A program made the position numbers and the translations under genes. This document shows positions 19,476-36,548 of a stretch of 64,000 bases of DNA, in pieces. A model generated the notes under the pieces. It was given only the letters and a program-made list of their open reading frames with translations. It searched no databases and was not told where the DNA came from. The first letter of the stretch is position 1. The number at the start of each line of letters is the position of its first letter. Origin of the DNA: the human T2T-CHM13v2.0 reference genome, Homo sapiens; assembly GCF_009914755.1 (NCBI RefSeq), contig NC_060939.1. One strand, 5' to 3'.

Positions 19476-20389
19476 AGGTCCCAAGAGCAAGCCGCAAAGG
19501 TCCCTGGCAAGTCTCAGCCCGTGGCTGGATCCTCCCTCTGCTGCCTCTACCTGTTGGTTTTACATCAGGTTTCCCACCTGGTTTCTTCCTGGAAGCCCAG
19601 TCTTGCAGGGGGTACAGGTGATTTTGGACGGTAATGCAGAGAGACCAGCCACTCTCCACTGTGAGACAAGTTGCATGAGGATGAGGCTTCAGAGGTCTGG
19701 CCTGACCTTGATTCAGGTGCGATGTCAGGAAGGAAACAAACGTTGGCATTAGGATTGCATCCAGCATGAATGAATTGTGATTGCTGAATGAGTAAACTTT
19801 TAGTTGGAGGAACATTTCCACTCCAAACTCCCGTGGGAGTAAGTTCTTCAGAAACTGCCTTCAGTGTGCCCCAGGATTCTGTGAAAGTGCAGAGACTGGC
19901 ACCACCAACTGTCAGCCTTCTCCAGGGCAGGATGACAACATGTGTCAGGTCCCACTGAATTGCCCAAAAGGCTGAATAAGCACATGTACCAGCTTTCCAA
20001 GGTCCCCGAGGCTTCAGGGAGAGGGAGGGGTTGGAGGAAATATTGATTCCAACTTTTGAAAGAAAAGAAAATCAACATTAACATCCATAGATCTATAAGA
20101 TGTATTTTATGTCAAATAATCCATTGTAATTCAATTTACATGTAGGAATATAAAATTGCATTTGATGTTGGGGGGGGCGGGCATTGAAATGTATTTGGTA
20201 TGACATGGAGTGGAGCCTTCAGTGTTTTTAAAAGGGCCCAGCTGAACCAGGAAAGGAGGGACAAAAATAGAAGGGTGGGGAGGGAAAAGATCAGCTTCAA
20301 TCAGTTCATGCACAATTTTGCAATCAGAAATGTCAGAAGGAAACTATTTTAGTGTCCACACACTTAAGTTTTGTGAAATGGGGTGAGGG

Positions 20390-20707
<318 letters not shown>

Positions 20708-21139
20708 TCACTGCTCGGGGTCTTACCTGGGTTCTGCCAGTGGTGGGGCTGTTACTTTCCACTGGCAGCCACACCAAGCTGGCCACACCTGGCACCTCTG
20801 GTGTGGTGGCTGGGGATGCCCTGGAGACGAGGTCTTCAGATGCCCCTTCATGTGCACCAGATGCCAAGTGCCTGCTGTAGGGGAGGGTGGCGGAGACCCT
20901 AAGGTTCGGTGTGCAGGAGGATTAGCCGGTTTGCCAGACAAGCTTAGAGCATGTCTTTACCCCACTTGCCCTGTGGGGTAAGGGTAAGAACTGTCACCCT
21001 TTGGTGCTGGCTCCTGTGCCAGGACCCCCTCCCAGGACAAGTGCACACGATCCCCTCCCAGCAGAGCTTGGATATAGCCCTGCAACTTGCAGTAGGCTCC
21101 GCCCACCTCTTCCCTACAACCCCCACTCCTGTTTGGGGC

Positions 21140-22107
21140 TGTAAAAGTAGAAAAAAACTCCCATAAAACCCAAAATGCTTTTTCTACTCTCACCCCACAA
21201 AAATCAACACAGAAGACTTCTATGGCCAAATGTGCAGGGATTTCTCCCCAAAAATAAACAAGCAATCGGTTCTGCAGTGGACACCAGCTGGGTATCCCCC
21301 AATTCAGTTCCAATACTGTCTACCTGGAGAGAGTATCAGATCCCAGAGGGTGAGGGCTCTGTGCCCAAGACTACCCCCCTTCCCAGCCCCGCTAGATACC
21401 AGCAACAAGTCCGGGGCCTCCAGAACTCCTGCCTGACTGGCTTCAAGTTGGGGTCCCCATGGCTCCTCTTTTGGTTTGATTAATTTGCTGGAGCAGCTCA
21501 CATAACTCAGGGGAACACTTAACTTACCTTTAGTGGCTGATCACAAAGGACACAAATGAAGAGATGCACAGGGTGAGGCATGGAAGAGGGAGCACGAAGC
21601 TTCTACGCCCTCCCCAGGGACCACCCTCCAAGAAGCTCCCCGTGTTCAGCCATCCAAAAGCTCCTGCCATCCAGCCTCCCGAGTAGCTGGGACTACAGGC
21701 GCCTGCCACCACACCCGGCTATTCTTTGTATTTTTAGTAGAGACGGGGTTTCACCGTGTTAGCCAGGATGGTCTCAATCTCCTGACCTCATGATCTGCCC
21801 GCCTCGGCCTCCCAAAGTGCTGGTATTACAGGCATGAGCCACCGCACCCGGCCTCCTTAGGGTTTTTATGGAAGCTTCATGACTGATTAAACCACTGGCC
21901 ATTGGTGATCAACTCAACCTCCACGTTGGGGGGTTGGGCTGAAAGTCCTAACCCTCTAATCCTGCCTAGGTGTTGCTCGTAACCAGCCCCAACCTTCCTA
22001 GGTGCTGCCAGCCAGCAGTCAGTTCATTCATGTGCAAAAAGACATCACTGTGTAGTTGCTAAGGATTTCAAGAGTCATGTGCCAGGAAACGGGGTTCACA
22101 ATATCAC
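21140..22107 (-). mobile_element. MER21-type solo LTR containing a partial Alu
   Basis: Ends cacaatatcaca (reverse complement TGTGATATTGTG). Internal ctgcagtggacaccagctggg and tttgattaatttgctggagcagctcaca. Confidence 0.8.
21671..21854 (-). mobile_element. Partial AluY-like element (3' part and tail absent)
   Basis: cagcctcccgagtagctgggactacaggcgcc...cacccggcc. Confidence 0.9.
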
Positions 22108-22884
22108 AGGGGCCATGCTGGGTCTCCCATGAGCCTGAGACACCCAGCCTCGTCCATAGTGTGCTCAGGAGTCCTGCACTGTAGGGCGGGATGTGCACCC
22201 CGTGCATGGGACAGGGGACACAGAGGACACAGAGGAGCTCGGAAGTGTGGCAGGACTAGGCCACGATGACCCATTCTCCTGCCAAGGAATAGCGAGAGAA
22301 GGCTCCCCAGGGTGCAGCCACAGCACACCTAGGGGGTCCACGGAAACAGACCCCGTGTAGGCCTCTCCCTGTGAGTTCAGGTCATCTGAGACTGATCATT
22401 CAAGCCCCAGCCATGCGCTGTTGATGATGTGAGACCACAGCTTATCCAGGAATCAAAACAGAGGTGTCTGCTCCAGCCACCTGTGATTTATGGGCTTTAA
22501 TTGCAGACCTGCTCCTGTCTTATAAAATCAGGATGGAGCCTCCACTGCTGAGGCAAGGAAAAGATTTGTCTAAAATATTGGCTGCTGTCGTCGATACTGG
22601 GACCTCTTGAGCCAGGTCCCTTCCACATTCTGATGAGGTAAGGCTGCTCTGGAAGAAAAAGCCCTCCAGAACATAAATCTATTTGACAACAAATGTCTCC
22701 TTCTCATGGCGAGCCAAATCCCCCTGTGCAGGAGCCAGAGATACAGACACAGAAAAAGAGGAGCTGGTTCAGTCTTCAAGGACAGAAAGAAAGAGAAACT
22801 CTGCCTGGTGCTAAAGCAGGCCCTCTTTGCAGCTCATTCCAAGCCTAAACCAGCTCCTGCAACTCTCACCAAAGCTGTAGCTCT

Positions 22885-23290
22885 TCACGGGGATGGAAAA
22901 GCAATCTCGTCGCGTGTGGCCATTGGGATGATTTTCTCCTCCCCTCATGCCTGCTGTGGACGAGGGGCGTTTCCTCACGTCGCAACTGTTGCTTTGGCCA
23001 ATGGAACGTTAGCAGTTGAGGTGTGGGCAAAGTCCTGGAATGTGCTTGTGCGTACAGTTGGCTCAGCTCCTGGGCTCTGGCCCTTCACCATGAGAACACG
23101 TCCAGGTGCTGCTGATCAAAGGAGGAGGAACCCGTGGGGCACATCAGAGGCCGCCCTGCAGCTTAGAGCCCAGTGCAGCTGAGCCCAGTGGCCTGCACAG
23201 CTGTGCATGAAGAATGAACATTGGTTGCTACAAGCCACTGAAATTGTGAAGTTGTCTGCTACACAGCAATATTATGCCAGTAGTCCATCA
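22885..23290 (+). mobile_element. Old MLT1 (MaLR) LTR
   Basis: caccatgagaacacgtccagg... caagccactgaaattgtgaagttgtctgctacacagcaat. Confidence 0.65.
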
Positions 23291-24959
23291 CCACATCCAG
23301 GACTTTAGAGAAGCAAGACCCTGATACGACGCTCCTGCCACCATCTCAGAATTATCTGAAAAACAACCCTGACACCAACATAATTTTTTCTCTCTCACAA
23401 ATTCAAATTATATTATTCCCTCAGTCTGTGAGTCAGGGGTTATTTTATTTTTAAAGTTTGCTGCCTCCTCAGTATATGTAATTTGACCCTAATTTTGTAA
23501 GACATGAATATAGCTAAATATATTCCAGAGATGAGACTGAAATGCTCAAGATGGTGACAGCAGTATTTCTGGGTTGAGAGATTTAGAGTGACTTATGTTC
23601 CACCAAAAACATTTCTATATTTGTTCACATTTTCTATAATGTCATTATTTTATGATCAACTATATATACTTGATTTTTGAACAGATAAAGCTTAACATAA
23701 ACATGGTTTAAACATAAAGTTTACTCCCCAGAAACTTTGTTCAGAATGTCAAAAACACAGGACAGGAAGATAAGTAAATCCTCATACAGCAGAGTCACTG
23801 TTCACCCTGGGAAGGGAGGTAACTGCCAGAAACCCAAACAAAGGGATCCTCAGATGCTGTTGGCCTCTTCTGCTTAGGAACTGATGTCAGAAAATATTTG
23901 TCCTTGAGAAAGCCAGCCCCTGATTAAATGTTACTATGCTCTGATACAATGTCAGTAAATCATTTCCAAAACCCCAAACACTGAAATAGCAGGGGGTGGC
24001 AATGACCACTTGGGTGATTTCTCACCTGGGAGGACATCATAAAGGTAAAGATGAGCACTGGGGTACAAATGTGCTTGCAATGGGGACATATGCAGTGAGC
24101 AGAGAGTGGGGCACACACCTCCCTAGACTCATTTCTCAGAAACACATCAGGTCACCCACTTTCTCTCCAAAAGCAGAAGTCAGATTGAGCTCATGTTCCC
24201 TTGTCCATGAATAACTGGATGTGTGAGGTTATGACAGATTTAGAACCTGCCAAAATCAGAGTGAGTGAGAGAGTGAGTGTCCTTCCTGGGCTAGAACATA
24301 CTCTACTTCTCTGAAGTGGAACAAGATGGAAATTTCATAACCTCAAGGGACAGAGAGAACACTGCCCACTGCAGATGGTAATATTCAGGGGCATCCTCCA
24401 GGGTTCCTCAGGTGGGCAGAACCAGAATGGGTCATGGGATGAGAGATCTATTACGGGAACGAGACCTTGCCAGTTGCAGGAGGAGCTAGAGAAGAGAAGG
24501 TATGAGAGGGAAGTGTGCAGAGCAGAGGAGTCACCAACTAGCTGGTCTGAGAAATCAAGCTCGTCGCACTGCCAAAGCTGGTCCATGAAAGCAGAGGAGA
24601 CATCTACAGCAAGCTATTTCTTCAGCCAAGCACCTGAAGATGGTCTGGAGTTATTGTTGGCCAGGAGGATGCCCCACAGTGAAGAAGACCAAATGGACAT
24701 GGAGTACAAGGACACGCAGGAGGCTGTGGCACCTCCAAGTGTGTCTGTCACTGCACCTAACTGCGTTGACCTTCAGAGGGTAATGGCTGCTGCCTGCTGA
24801 TCAGAATTGGCTCAGTCCTTTCTGCAAGGAAGGAAGGGGAAATGGAAATCAAAAGGAATCTGGCCTTGTCAGTTTCTATGGCGAGGCTCTGCCAGCAAAA
24901 AACAGTGGCTATGGGCCAGGCAGCCCAGAGTGCCTGCTGCAGGGCCAGCTCTTCCAGCT

Positions 24960-25160
24960 AAGGGCTTCTCCACCTCGGCACTGCTGATGTTTCCAGCCCA
25001 GTGATCCTTGGTGGTGGGGGTTTATCCTGAACACCGCTGGTCTCTATCCACAGGATTCCAAGGGCATAGTCCCTGCAAGTCATAACCAAAACCATCTCCA
25101 GACATTGCCAAATGTCCCCAGAGTGGTGGCAGACAAAACCCTGCCAGCTGAGAACCACTG
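24960..25160. mobile_element. MER20 (hAT-Charlie) DNA transposon
   Basis: cttctccacctcggcactgctga...ctccagacattgccaaatgtccc...tgagaaccactg. Confidence 0.85.
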
Positions 25161-25306
25161 TTTTACCTTCTGCATCTCAGAGTGCTGAATCAAGGTTTGA
25201 GAACATAATGAAGCTTATTCAGTCACATTGTGCTCACTAAAAACATTGTTTTAAAAAGTTTTAGTGAGAATAGAAAGGATTTCTGTGCAATTAATAAACA
25301 ACAAAG

Positions 25307-25453
25307 GGCTGGGTGTGGTGGTTCACACCTGTAATCCCAGCAGTTTAGGAGGCTGAAGCAGGAGGATCCCTTCAGGCCAGGAGTTTGAGACTAGCCTAGG
25401 TAACATAGCAAGACCCCATCTCTACAAAAGTTTAAAAATTAGCCGGGCGTGGC
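25307..25453 (+). mobile_element. AluJ-like left arm truncated at the start of the right arm
   Basis: Ends at aattagccgggcgtggc. Confidence 0.88.
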
Positions 25454-26135
25454 TGTTGCCTAGCAAGTAAATAAATCCAGTGTTCTATTTTTCTATCACT
25501 GTGGCATTCATTGCCTTTCCTTTAACAATTCTGGAGATTCCACTAAGATTGCCTTGTCGATTCTCCTTGTCTGGAGCAGTGGACAGCCCAATCTGAGGAG
25601 TGTGAGCCCTCAGCTCAAAGGGCTGAGCCCACGGTCAGGGGCTCTGCTGCTTTTTGTGGTGAGTCACTCAACAGCAATAATGCCTTTCTTGTTTGTGGAG
25701 TTATAACCTGAATCCTGGTCAGCAGTTTCCAATGCATGACTCAGTGTGAGACTTTGTTGGGATGTTAAAGTGATTTGTTGAGTTTTCAACCTTGATTTGT
25801 AACTTATCTATTAACTCTCTTTTGAAAGAAATCTTTGTCGTGGAGGAGTAAATAAGCTACTGAGCATCTGCAGAGTCCCACGGCTCTCTAAATTTCTGCC
25901 TATTCCATTTATAGTCTGCACTTCTTGTTCAAATGCATGTTGGGTCGTGGAGACCAATGCTGTCCAGAAAAGAACTGGCCAAGTCTTGACTCAATCTGAA
26001 AGTCTCTCTGTTACACAAAATTGTCATTTGCCATACTTATCATAATTATCTGTCGGTTTGTCTCTCTGTTTCTTGTCCTAAAAGTTCTGCCGAAAGTTTG
26101 TGATTGAAGCATTTATGCAAAAGTCAGACGTAACA
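25454..26135. mobile_element. Putative solo LTR, family not identified
   Basis: 682-bp block bounded by TGTT...AACA inverted termini, sharply flanked by an Alu on the left and an L1 tail on the right. Confidence 0.5.
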
Positions 26136-26443
26136 ATTAAAATGGTAAATTTTATGTTACATATATTTTATCACAATAAAAAATAAGTCAAATGCTGGCT
26201 GTACAAACTAAAAGTAAAGAGTGAGACATAGACTTACGGGAGGCAGCTAGAGCAGTTCTTACAGATAAATTTATAATTGTAAATATTTATAATAACAAAG
26301 AAAAAAGATCTCAAATCAACAACTTAACCTTCCACAGTAAGACACTGTGAAAGAACAGCAAGCTAAACCCAAAGCAAGCATAAGAAAGGAAATAAGAAGA
26401 ATTAGAGAGGAATTTAATGAAATAACAATTAGAAAAACAATAG

Positions 26444-26782
<339 letters not shown>

Positions 26783-27089
26783 AGAAGTTGGTTCTTGTAA
26801 AAGATCAACAAAGTTGGCCAACCTTTACCTAGGCTGACTGACAGAAAAGAGAGAGATATCAAATTACTAAAATCAGAAATGAATGAGAAGCCATTGCCAC
26901 CAACTTACAGAAATAAAAAAGAATTGTGAGGAAATACTATGGACATCTGTAAGCCAACAAATTAGATGACTTAGGTGAAATGGACAAATTCCTAGAAAGA
27001 CACAAACTCCAAAACTGATTCTAGGGAAACATAGAAGATATAAATAGTCATAGAAAAGAGATTGAATTAGTAATAAAAGAAAAAATCTA

Positions 27090-27428
27090 GGCCAGGTACA
27101 GTGGTATAAGCTTGTAATCCCAGCACTTTGGAAGGCTGAGGTGGGTGGATGGTCTGAGCTCAGAAGTTTGAGACTAGCCTGGGCAACATGGTGAAACCCC
27201 ACCTCTACAAATACAAAAAATAAAAATTAGCCAGGTTCAGTGGCGTGTGCCTGTAGACCCAGCTACTCTGGGAGATGGAGGTGGAAAGATTGCTTGAGCC
27301 CAGGAGGTCAAGGCTGCAGTGAGACTGCACTCCAGTCTGGGCAACAGAGTGAGGGTCTGTCTCAAACAAAACAAAACAAAACAAAACAAAACAAAACAAA
27401 ACAAAAAAACCAAAAAGAAAAAAAAAGA
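27090..27428 (+). mobile_element. AluJ with (caaaa)n tail
   Basis: ttgagcccaggaggtcaaggctgcagtgag is J-type. Confidence 0.92.
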
Positions 27429-28278
27429 AAAAAGATTCCCACAAAGAAAAGCACAGCACTGAGGAATTCTACCAAACATTTACTAAAGAATTATACTGAT
27501 CTTTCACAAAATCTTCCAAAAAATACAACAGAAGCCAACACTTTCCAACTCTTCCTATGAGCCTGATAATAGCCCAATACCAAAAACAAAGATATCACAA
27601 GAAGAGAAAACTATAGACCAGTATCTCTTATGAGTACAGATGCAAAAATTCTGAACAAATTACTACCAAATTGAATCCAGCAATGTGTAAAAAGGATTTA
27701 CACCATAATCAAGTGGGATTTATCCCAGGAATGGAAAGTTGGCTTAATATCTAACAATAGATTATTTTAATACATCATGCCTTTACAATAAAGGAAAAAA
27801 CACACAACAATCTTAATAGATGCAAAAAAGCACTTGGTAAAATTTAATACTCTTTCATAATTTAAAAAAATCACTTTTAAAAACTAGCAATAGAAGTTCC
27901 TAAGCCTGATAAAAAGCATCTATGAAAAACTTACAGCTAATATCATACTTAGTAGAGAGACTGCCTGCTTTTCCCCTAAGATCAAGATGTCTGTTCTTGC
28001 CACCTCTACTCAATATTTTACCGGAAGTTCTAGCCAGCGAAATTAGGCAAGAAAATGAAACAAAAGTCATCAAAATTGGAAAGGAAAAAATAAAACCATC
28101 ACTATTTGTAGATTATCTAACCCTGTCTATACAAAATCCTAAGGGGTCTAAGAAAAAAATTAATATTAGAACTAATAAATGAGTTCAGCCAAGTTTCAGG
28201 ATACAAGATCAATATCAAAAAATCAGTTGTATTTCTATACATTAGCATGCACAATCAAAAAATGAAAGTAGAAAAACA

Positions 28279-28586
<308 letters not shown>

Positions 28587-29157
28587 TTAGAAAAACAAAT
28601 TCATTTACGAGATCATTAAAAGGAATAAAATACCTAGGAGTAAATTTGACAAAAGAAGTGCATAACTTATGCTCTGAATACCACAAAATGTTGTTGAAAG
28701 AGATTAAAGAAACTCTAAATATATGCAAAAAACATATCCCATGTTCATGTATTCAAAGACTTAATAATGTTAACATGGCAATATTACCCAAATTGATCTA
28801 CAAAATTAAAGCAATTCCTATCAAAATCCCAGCTGACTTATTTGCAAAAATTGACAAGCTGATTCTAAAATTCATATAGGAACTCATGGACCCAAAATAG
28901 CAAAAAAGAAAACATTTTGAAAAAGAAGAACAAATCTGTAGCACTTAAAATTCCCAATTTCATAACTTAATGCAAAGTTAACAATAATCAAGACATCATG
29001 GTATTGGCATAAGAATAGATATATAGATCAGTGGAATAGAATTAAGAATCTAGAAATGAACCTGTGCATCTCTATATTCAACTGATTTTCATTAATGGTG
29101 CCAAAACCATTCAATAGGGGGGAGAGAATAATCTTTTCAACTGGGTGTGGGGAATAA

Positions 29158-29628
<471 letters not shown>

Positions 29629-30217
29629 CAATAATATTCTTTTCAACAAATGGTGCTGGGACAACTGGATGTCTACATGCAAAAGAATTAAATTGAATCC
29701 CTACCTCATTCCACATGCAAAACTGAAAGGCAAGTAAAAACGAATTAAAGACCTAAACGTAAGAGCTAAAACTACGGAATTCTTAGAAGAACACATAGAC
29801 TTAAATCTTCACAACCTTGGATTAAGCAACATTTTCTTAGAGATGACACCAAAAGCACAAGAAGCAAAACCAAAGTAGATAAATTGAACTTCACTAAAAC
29901 TAAAATTTCTGTATTTCAAAGGACAACATTAAGGTAGTTAAAATACAAGCACAGAATGGGAGAAAATATTTGCAAATTATCCTATCAACTCAACAATAAA
30001 AACACAAATAACACGACTGAAAAGTGGACAAAGGATTAGAATAGATAGACATTTCTCCCACTATACAAATGGACCAATAAGCACACAAAAAGATGTTCAA
30101 CATCATTAGCCACCAGGGAAATGCAAATCTAAACCACATGAGACGGCACTTCACATCCAACAGAAAATCTAGACTCGAAAATACAAGTGATAACAAGCAT
30201 CAAAAAAGACATGAAGA

Positions 30218-30591
<374 letters not shown>

Positions 30592-31203
30592 TCACTTTGG
30601 AGAACAGACTGGCCATTCCTCAAATGGTTACCATATACCCCAGTAATTCCATTTGTAGGCGTATACTGAATATAAATAAAAACATATGCCTGCATAAAAG
30701 CTTGTACGTGAATGTTCAAAGCAGCATTATTCATAATATCCAAAAAGTGGAAACAACCCAAATGTCCACCAACTGATGTATGAATAAAATAAAATGTGGT
30801 ATACATTTTACTGGATATCATTTGTCAAGAAGAATAAATGAACTGATACATGCTTCAGCAGGAATGAACCCTGGAAACAGCATGCTAAGTGAAGGAAACT
30901 CGTTCCAAAAGACCATATGTTCTATGATTTTACTTTTGTGATGTGTCCAGAACCGGCAGGTCTTTACAGATAGAAAGTAGATTACTGGTTGCCAAGGGCT
31001 GATGGGACAATGACAAAGGGGTGCAGAGTTCCTCTTGGGAAAATAAAAACATTCTAAAATGGATTATGTGATAACCCTATGAATATATACTAAAGGCCAT
31101 TTAATTGTGCACTTTACATGGGCAGATTGCCAGTATATAAATGATATCTCAATAAAGCCGGTTATCGAAAGGAGTCATATAGAGACAGGGAAGTAAACGC
31201 TCA

Positions 31204-31818
<615 letters not shown>

Positions 31819-32271
31819 TTAAGAGGAACACCAAATACACACTATAGCAGGACATTATCAGAGAATTCTTAGAAATGGAGCATATGGAAAAGAAAAGAAA
31901 TCCATGGCCCTCCAATCTGCAGAGCTCACTCCAAACCTTAAAGCCAGGGATGATGAGACGTGAGAATTCTGTTTCTCAGTTAACCTAGAATTAAGTCTAA
32001 ATGGTGAAAAAAAATAGATGTAGATCCTGCCAACAGCAGGGACTTTGGAAAAATGTGTCCAGCATCAAAGGAGGACTCAAAGGCAAAAGCATTTTGAAAA
32101 GAAAAGGCAAAGCATGCAAGGCAGTCAGACATCAGGAGCATTTACCCACCAAATCAGAAAGCACGAATGTTGAAAACCGCAGCAATGATGCCTCCCTGCA
32201 ACCTCACCAAAGTTGCCACATTACAGTAGCTTGTTCATGGTGGGGAACCAGTCGTTTTTCTCATGTGATTA

Positions 32272-32583
32272 CCTTATTTATTTATTTATTTATTTATTTT
32301 GAGACAGAGTCTCGCTCTGTCACCCAGGCTGCAGTGCAGTGGTGTGGTCTCGGCTCACTACAAGCTCTGCCTCCCAGGGTTCACGCCATTCTCCTGCCTC
32401 AGCTTCCCAAGTAGCTGGGACTACAGGTGCCCGCCACCATACCCAGCTACTTTTTTGTATTTTTTTAGTAGAGACAGGGTTTCACCATGTTAGCCAGAAT
32501 GGTCTCAATCTCCTGACCTCGTGATCCGCCCACTCAGCCTCCCAAAGTGCTGGGATTACAGGCGTGAGCCACTGCGCCTGGCC
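32272..32583 (-). mobile_element. AluY-like
   Basis: TSD gtgattacc(t/a)tatt. Confidence 0.95.
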
Positions 32584-32880
32584 GTGATTACCATATTTCT
32601 GAAAGACATAATACTTTTGTGGGAAATGCTCAGTATTTTATTGATTCTGGGTACTAGAATAAGACATGATTTATTTCAGAGTGAAATATGTGAGGTTTTT
32701 CCTGACTGTGGCAGGTCACACTGGAAGCAGGGCAAATGTCAGATTTATGTTTTTGGTCTTGTCTTGAAAGTAAAAGGCCAGTTGTAGTCAACAGAGCTCT
32801 TGCTGGCATAATTCCAAAGGCCATAAGAGTGCTTGGCTATGTCTTCTGTTCTCTGATTCAGAAGAAAAGAAATCATTGAT

Positions 32881-33514
32881 TGTGTTAGCTTTCTATTGAT
32901 GCCTAACAAATTACCTCAAAATTAGCAGCTTAAAACAGCACCCGTTGATCACCTCACCATTCTGGAGGTCAGAAGTCCAGGTGGCTTGACTGGCTTCTCT
33001 GCTCAAGGTCTCACAAAGCTGATATTGAGGTGTGGGCCAGGCTGGGTTTTTATCTGAAGGCTCGAGGAATAACCCATTTCGTGCTTACTCGGGATGCCGG
33101 CACAGTTCCGTTCCATACAGTTGTAGGACTGGGGAGCTTGTTTCCTTTCTGGTTGTCAGCTAGGGGTGAAGAGCCACTGTCCTTCTCTACGTGAGGCCCT
33201 CTGTGTCTTCAAACCAGTGATGGCACTTCAGTTCCTTCTTGTGGTTGGGCTCTTTCTCCTTCTGCCTTCTCTTCTACCTGCCTCTTCTCCCATCAGCTGG
33301 GGAAAGTCCTCTACATTTAAGGACTCGTGTAATTAGATTAGGCTCACACAGATAATCTCACAGGTTAATCTCTGAATCTTAAGTTCAGCTGACTTGGGAA
33401 CTTAATTATAACTGCAAAATCCCTTGTTGGCAGTACCTAGATGAACATTTGATGGAATAACCAGGGATGGAAATCTTGGGGCATGGAGGCACTTTTAGGA
33501 CATGGCCTACCATA
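32881..33514 (-). mobile_element. MLT1 (D/E-type MaLR) solo LTR between ERV gag and pro
   Basis: tgtgttagctttctattgatgcctaacaaattacc...ttctggaggtcagaagtcc...gcctaccata. Confidence 0.85.
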
Positions 33515-35383
33515 TCTATAGACATAAAGAGACACAAAGGCCTATTTCTAGTTGACACAAGGGCCACTCTGTCTATCCTGAACCCTACTGCAATAAAACA
33601 ATCACTCACTCAGAGAAATCAATGGGTTACTACAGTGGGTATTTCAAACCCACTTCTCTATCCATTGCCTTGACCACCATATGAGGACCAACAGAAGACA
33701 ACATTGATTTCTCCTCCGTGGTTTCATGCCTCTCCACCCACCTGGAACAGGCCCTTTATATAAATGCAGCTGTCATATTAAGTGCCCACCTGCAAGAACC
33801 ACCCAATTTCACAGCATGCTATTTCTACACTTGACTTTCCTAAACTTGCCTAGACCATGACTCTTGAAACTGTAGATAACTTACTCTGGCTGGTACATTG
33901 CAATTTATGAGCAAAAGCTCTGTTAATGGAGGACATACAATAGGAACAGAGCCTAAAAACACACAGGTAGATCCTCTCAAGTCCTTGCCTAAGCCACTCT
34001 AATGTCCTCTGAAAGCAGAAGTTATTCAAGGAATAAAACCAATTATACATTCTCAAATCAAAAGTGTCTCACAGAAGTCTATGTATCGCCTTTTTACAAA
34101 CCTAATGGAAAGGGATGGGATGTTCATTTGTTCAAGACTTAAGAAACATTCCTAAAGTTATCCCTAGGTTTCCCGCAGTGCCCCACTCTAATGCTATTCT
34201 ATCTCCAGTTTCACTTACAGGCAAATGTACTGTAATGTACAGTACAGGCAAATGTACTGTGAGAGACCTTTCTCAGCCTTCTTTGGCATATCTGTAAATA
34301 TAGTCGATAGGTATTTTCTTTATTTAGAATGACTAACAGTATACAGGTATTTGGGCAGTAATACCTCAGAGACACCTTATATTCCTTCCAGTCTTTAAAT
34401 CATGATTTAAAGGACATACTCCCAAAAGGGTACAATTTCATTCAATATAGAAGACTTTGCCTCATATATACCTCTCCCGGAAAACCCTCCAGAGGACTCA
34501 ATCCACCTTTTAAAGGAGCAAGTGGCTACATATGATAAAGCCTCAAAGGAAAAATGACCATTTTGCCAAGAGGTGGGACATGATTTAGGAGGTGACCTCT
34601 CCACCAACAGGCACACTCTACCCCAAAATTGGACACTCATAGGATTTGGGAAACTTAAGAGGTATGAAAAGCAATGGATTCCCAGTTTTTCCAGCGTAAC
34701 TTGACTCCTCCATGAACTTAACAAAAACACGCAACCAGAAAACTTCCTTGATGAAACTGACCTTGTCACTTTGAAATCTAAATCACAACAGGCCCCAATA
34801 CCGGCTCCACCTGAACATCATCATCATCATTTACCTTACGCCCATTTGGCACATTTCCTTTAGCTGAAGCAAAAAGGAGGTGCCATGGGGTACCAAAAAG
34901 AGGCTTTAGCTCAACAACATGGGAAGTACCAGAAACCGCTCCTGATTTAGGCACTTCTCTAGACTCAGTGGCTAGGGTTTTCTTCCTTGTTATGTGCCTT
35001 AACAGTGGTTGCAAAACGGTCAGTGCTTCTGTAGATATTATCCTTGTCGCACCATTAACTCCATGGGTTGCCCAGGCTGTTCAGTCCATACTACTGACAA
35101 GCAACAGCCAGCACTGCTCTGCAAGCCCATTAGCTCAGGCTGGCTGCTGTTGTTGGTCTCTCATGTTACCCACCATGTGTCAGTGTTATCATCTCAGTCT
35201 TGCAGTATTGCTTCCACCACCTGAAGAAGAGCCCCAGGACTATAGTACAGCAAACATGAAGTCGAGTATTTCCAAGGAAGATCTAGTTGATGTTCTCCTA
35301 GAGAATCTGCAGCAAGTGTTGCTTTTAAATGATCAAGGTCAATACCATTGAAGTTACGCAATGATTACATAAAACTGTATTAG

Positions 35384-35698
<315 letters not shown>

Positions 35699-35786
35699 CT
35701 AGATGATAACCTTTCACCCAAAGTTGAGCCATCTCAAATAGTAGAACTAGTAGCCCTTACCAGAGCTGATGCCAAAAGGGACACAT

Positions 35787-35788
<2 letters not shown>

Positions 35789-35829
<41 letters not shown>
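35789..35829. repeat. (CA)n microsatellite
   Basis: About 20 units. Confidence 0.97.
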
Positions 35830-35830
<1 letters not shown>

Positions 35831-36175
35831 CTATTATGCCTTGGTGTTGTATATAATTTGGTGATGCTATGGGACTGAAGGAATAGCTGACCTCATCAGA
35901 GAGGCCTAAAAAAAGGGAGAAAAAAGTAGATTTGTTAGAAGCACTGATGCTCTCAAAAGAGGCATACAATTAAAAGTTAAGGCACATAGTACAAGCCATA
36001 ATAAAGAAGGTGATGGGAGTGCATTGGCAGATATTAAACAAAGGAAGTGCACTTTTCTCCTTGTTCTTAGGAGTTATTTATGATGAAGGAAATGTAAAAA
36101 CATGAATAGATTTTTTTACATACAATTTATTTCAGACAGAGTATTTAGCCCTAGATTCAAGAAACAGAAACACTG

Positions 36176-36548
<373 letters not shown>

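Noticed and set aside
22706-23182. 158-aa ORF
   Set aside because: It overlaps an MLT1 LTR and has no recognisable domain.
24375-24800. 141-aa ORF in apparently unique sequence
   Set aside because: No recognisable homology or exon structure; its length is compatible with chance.
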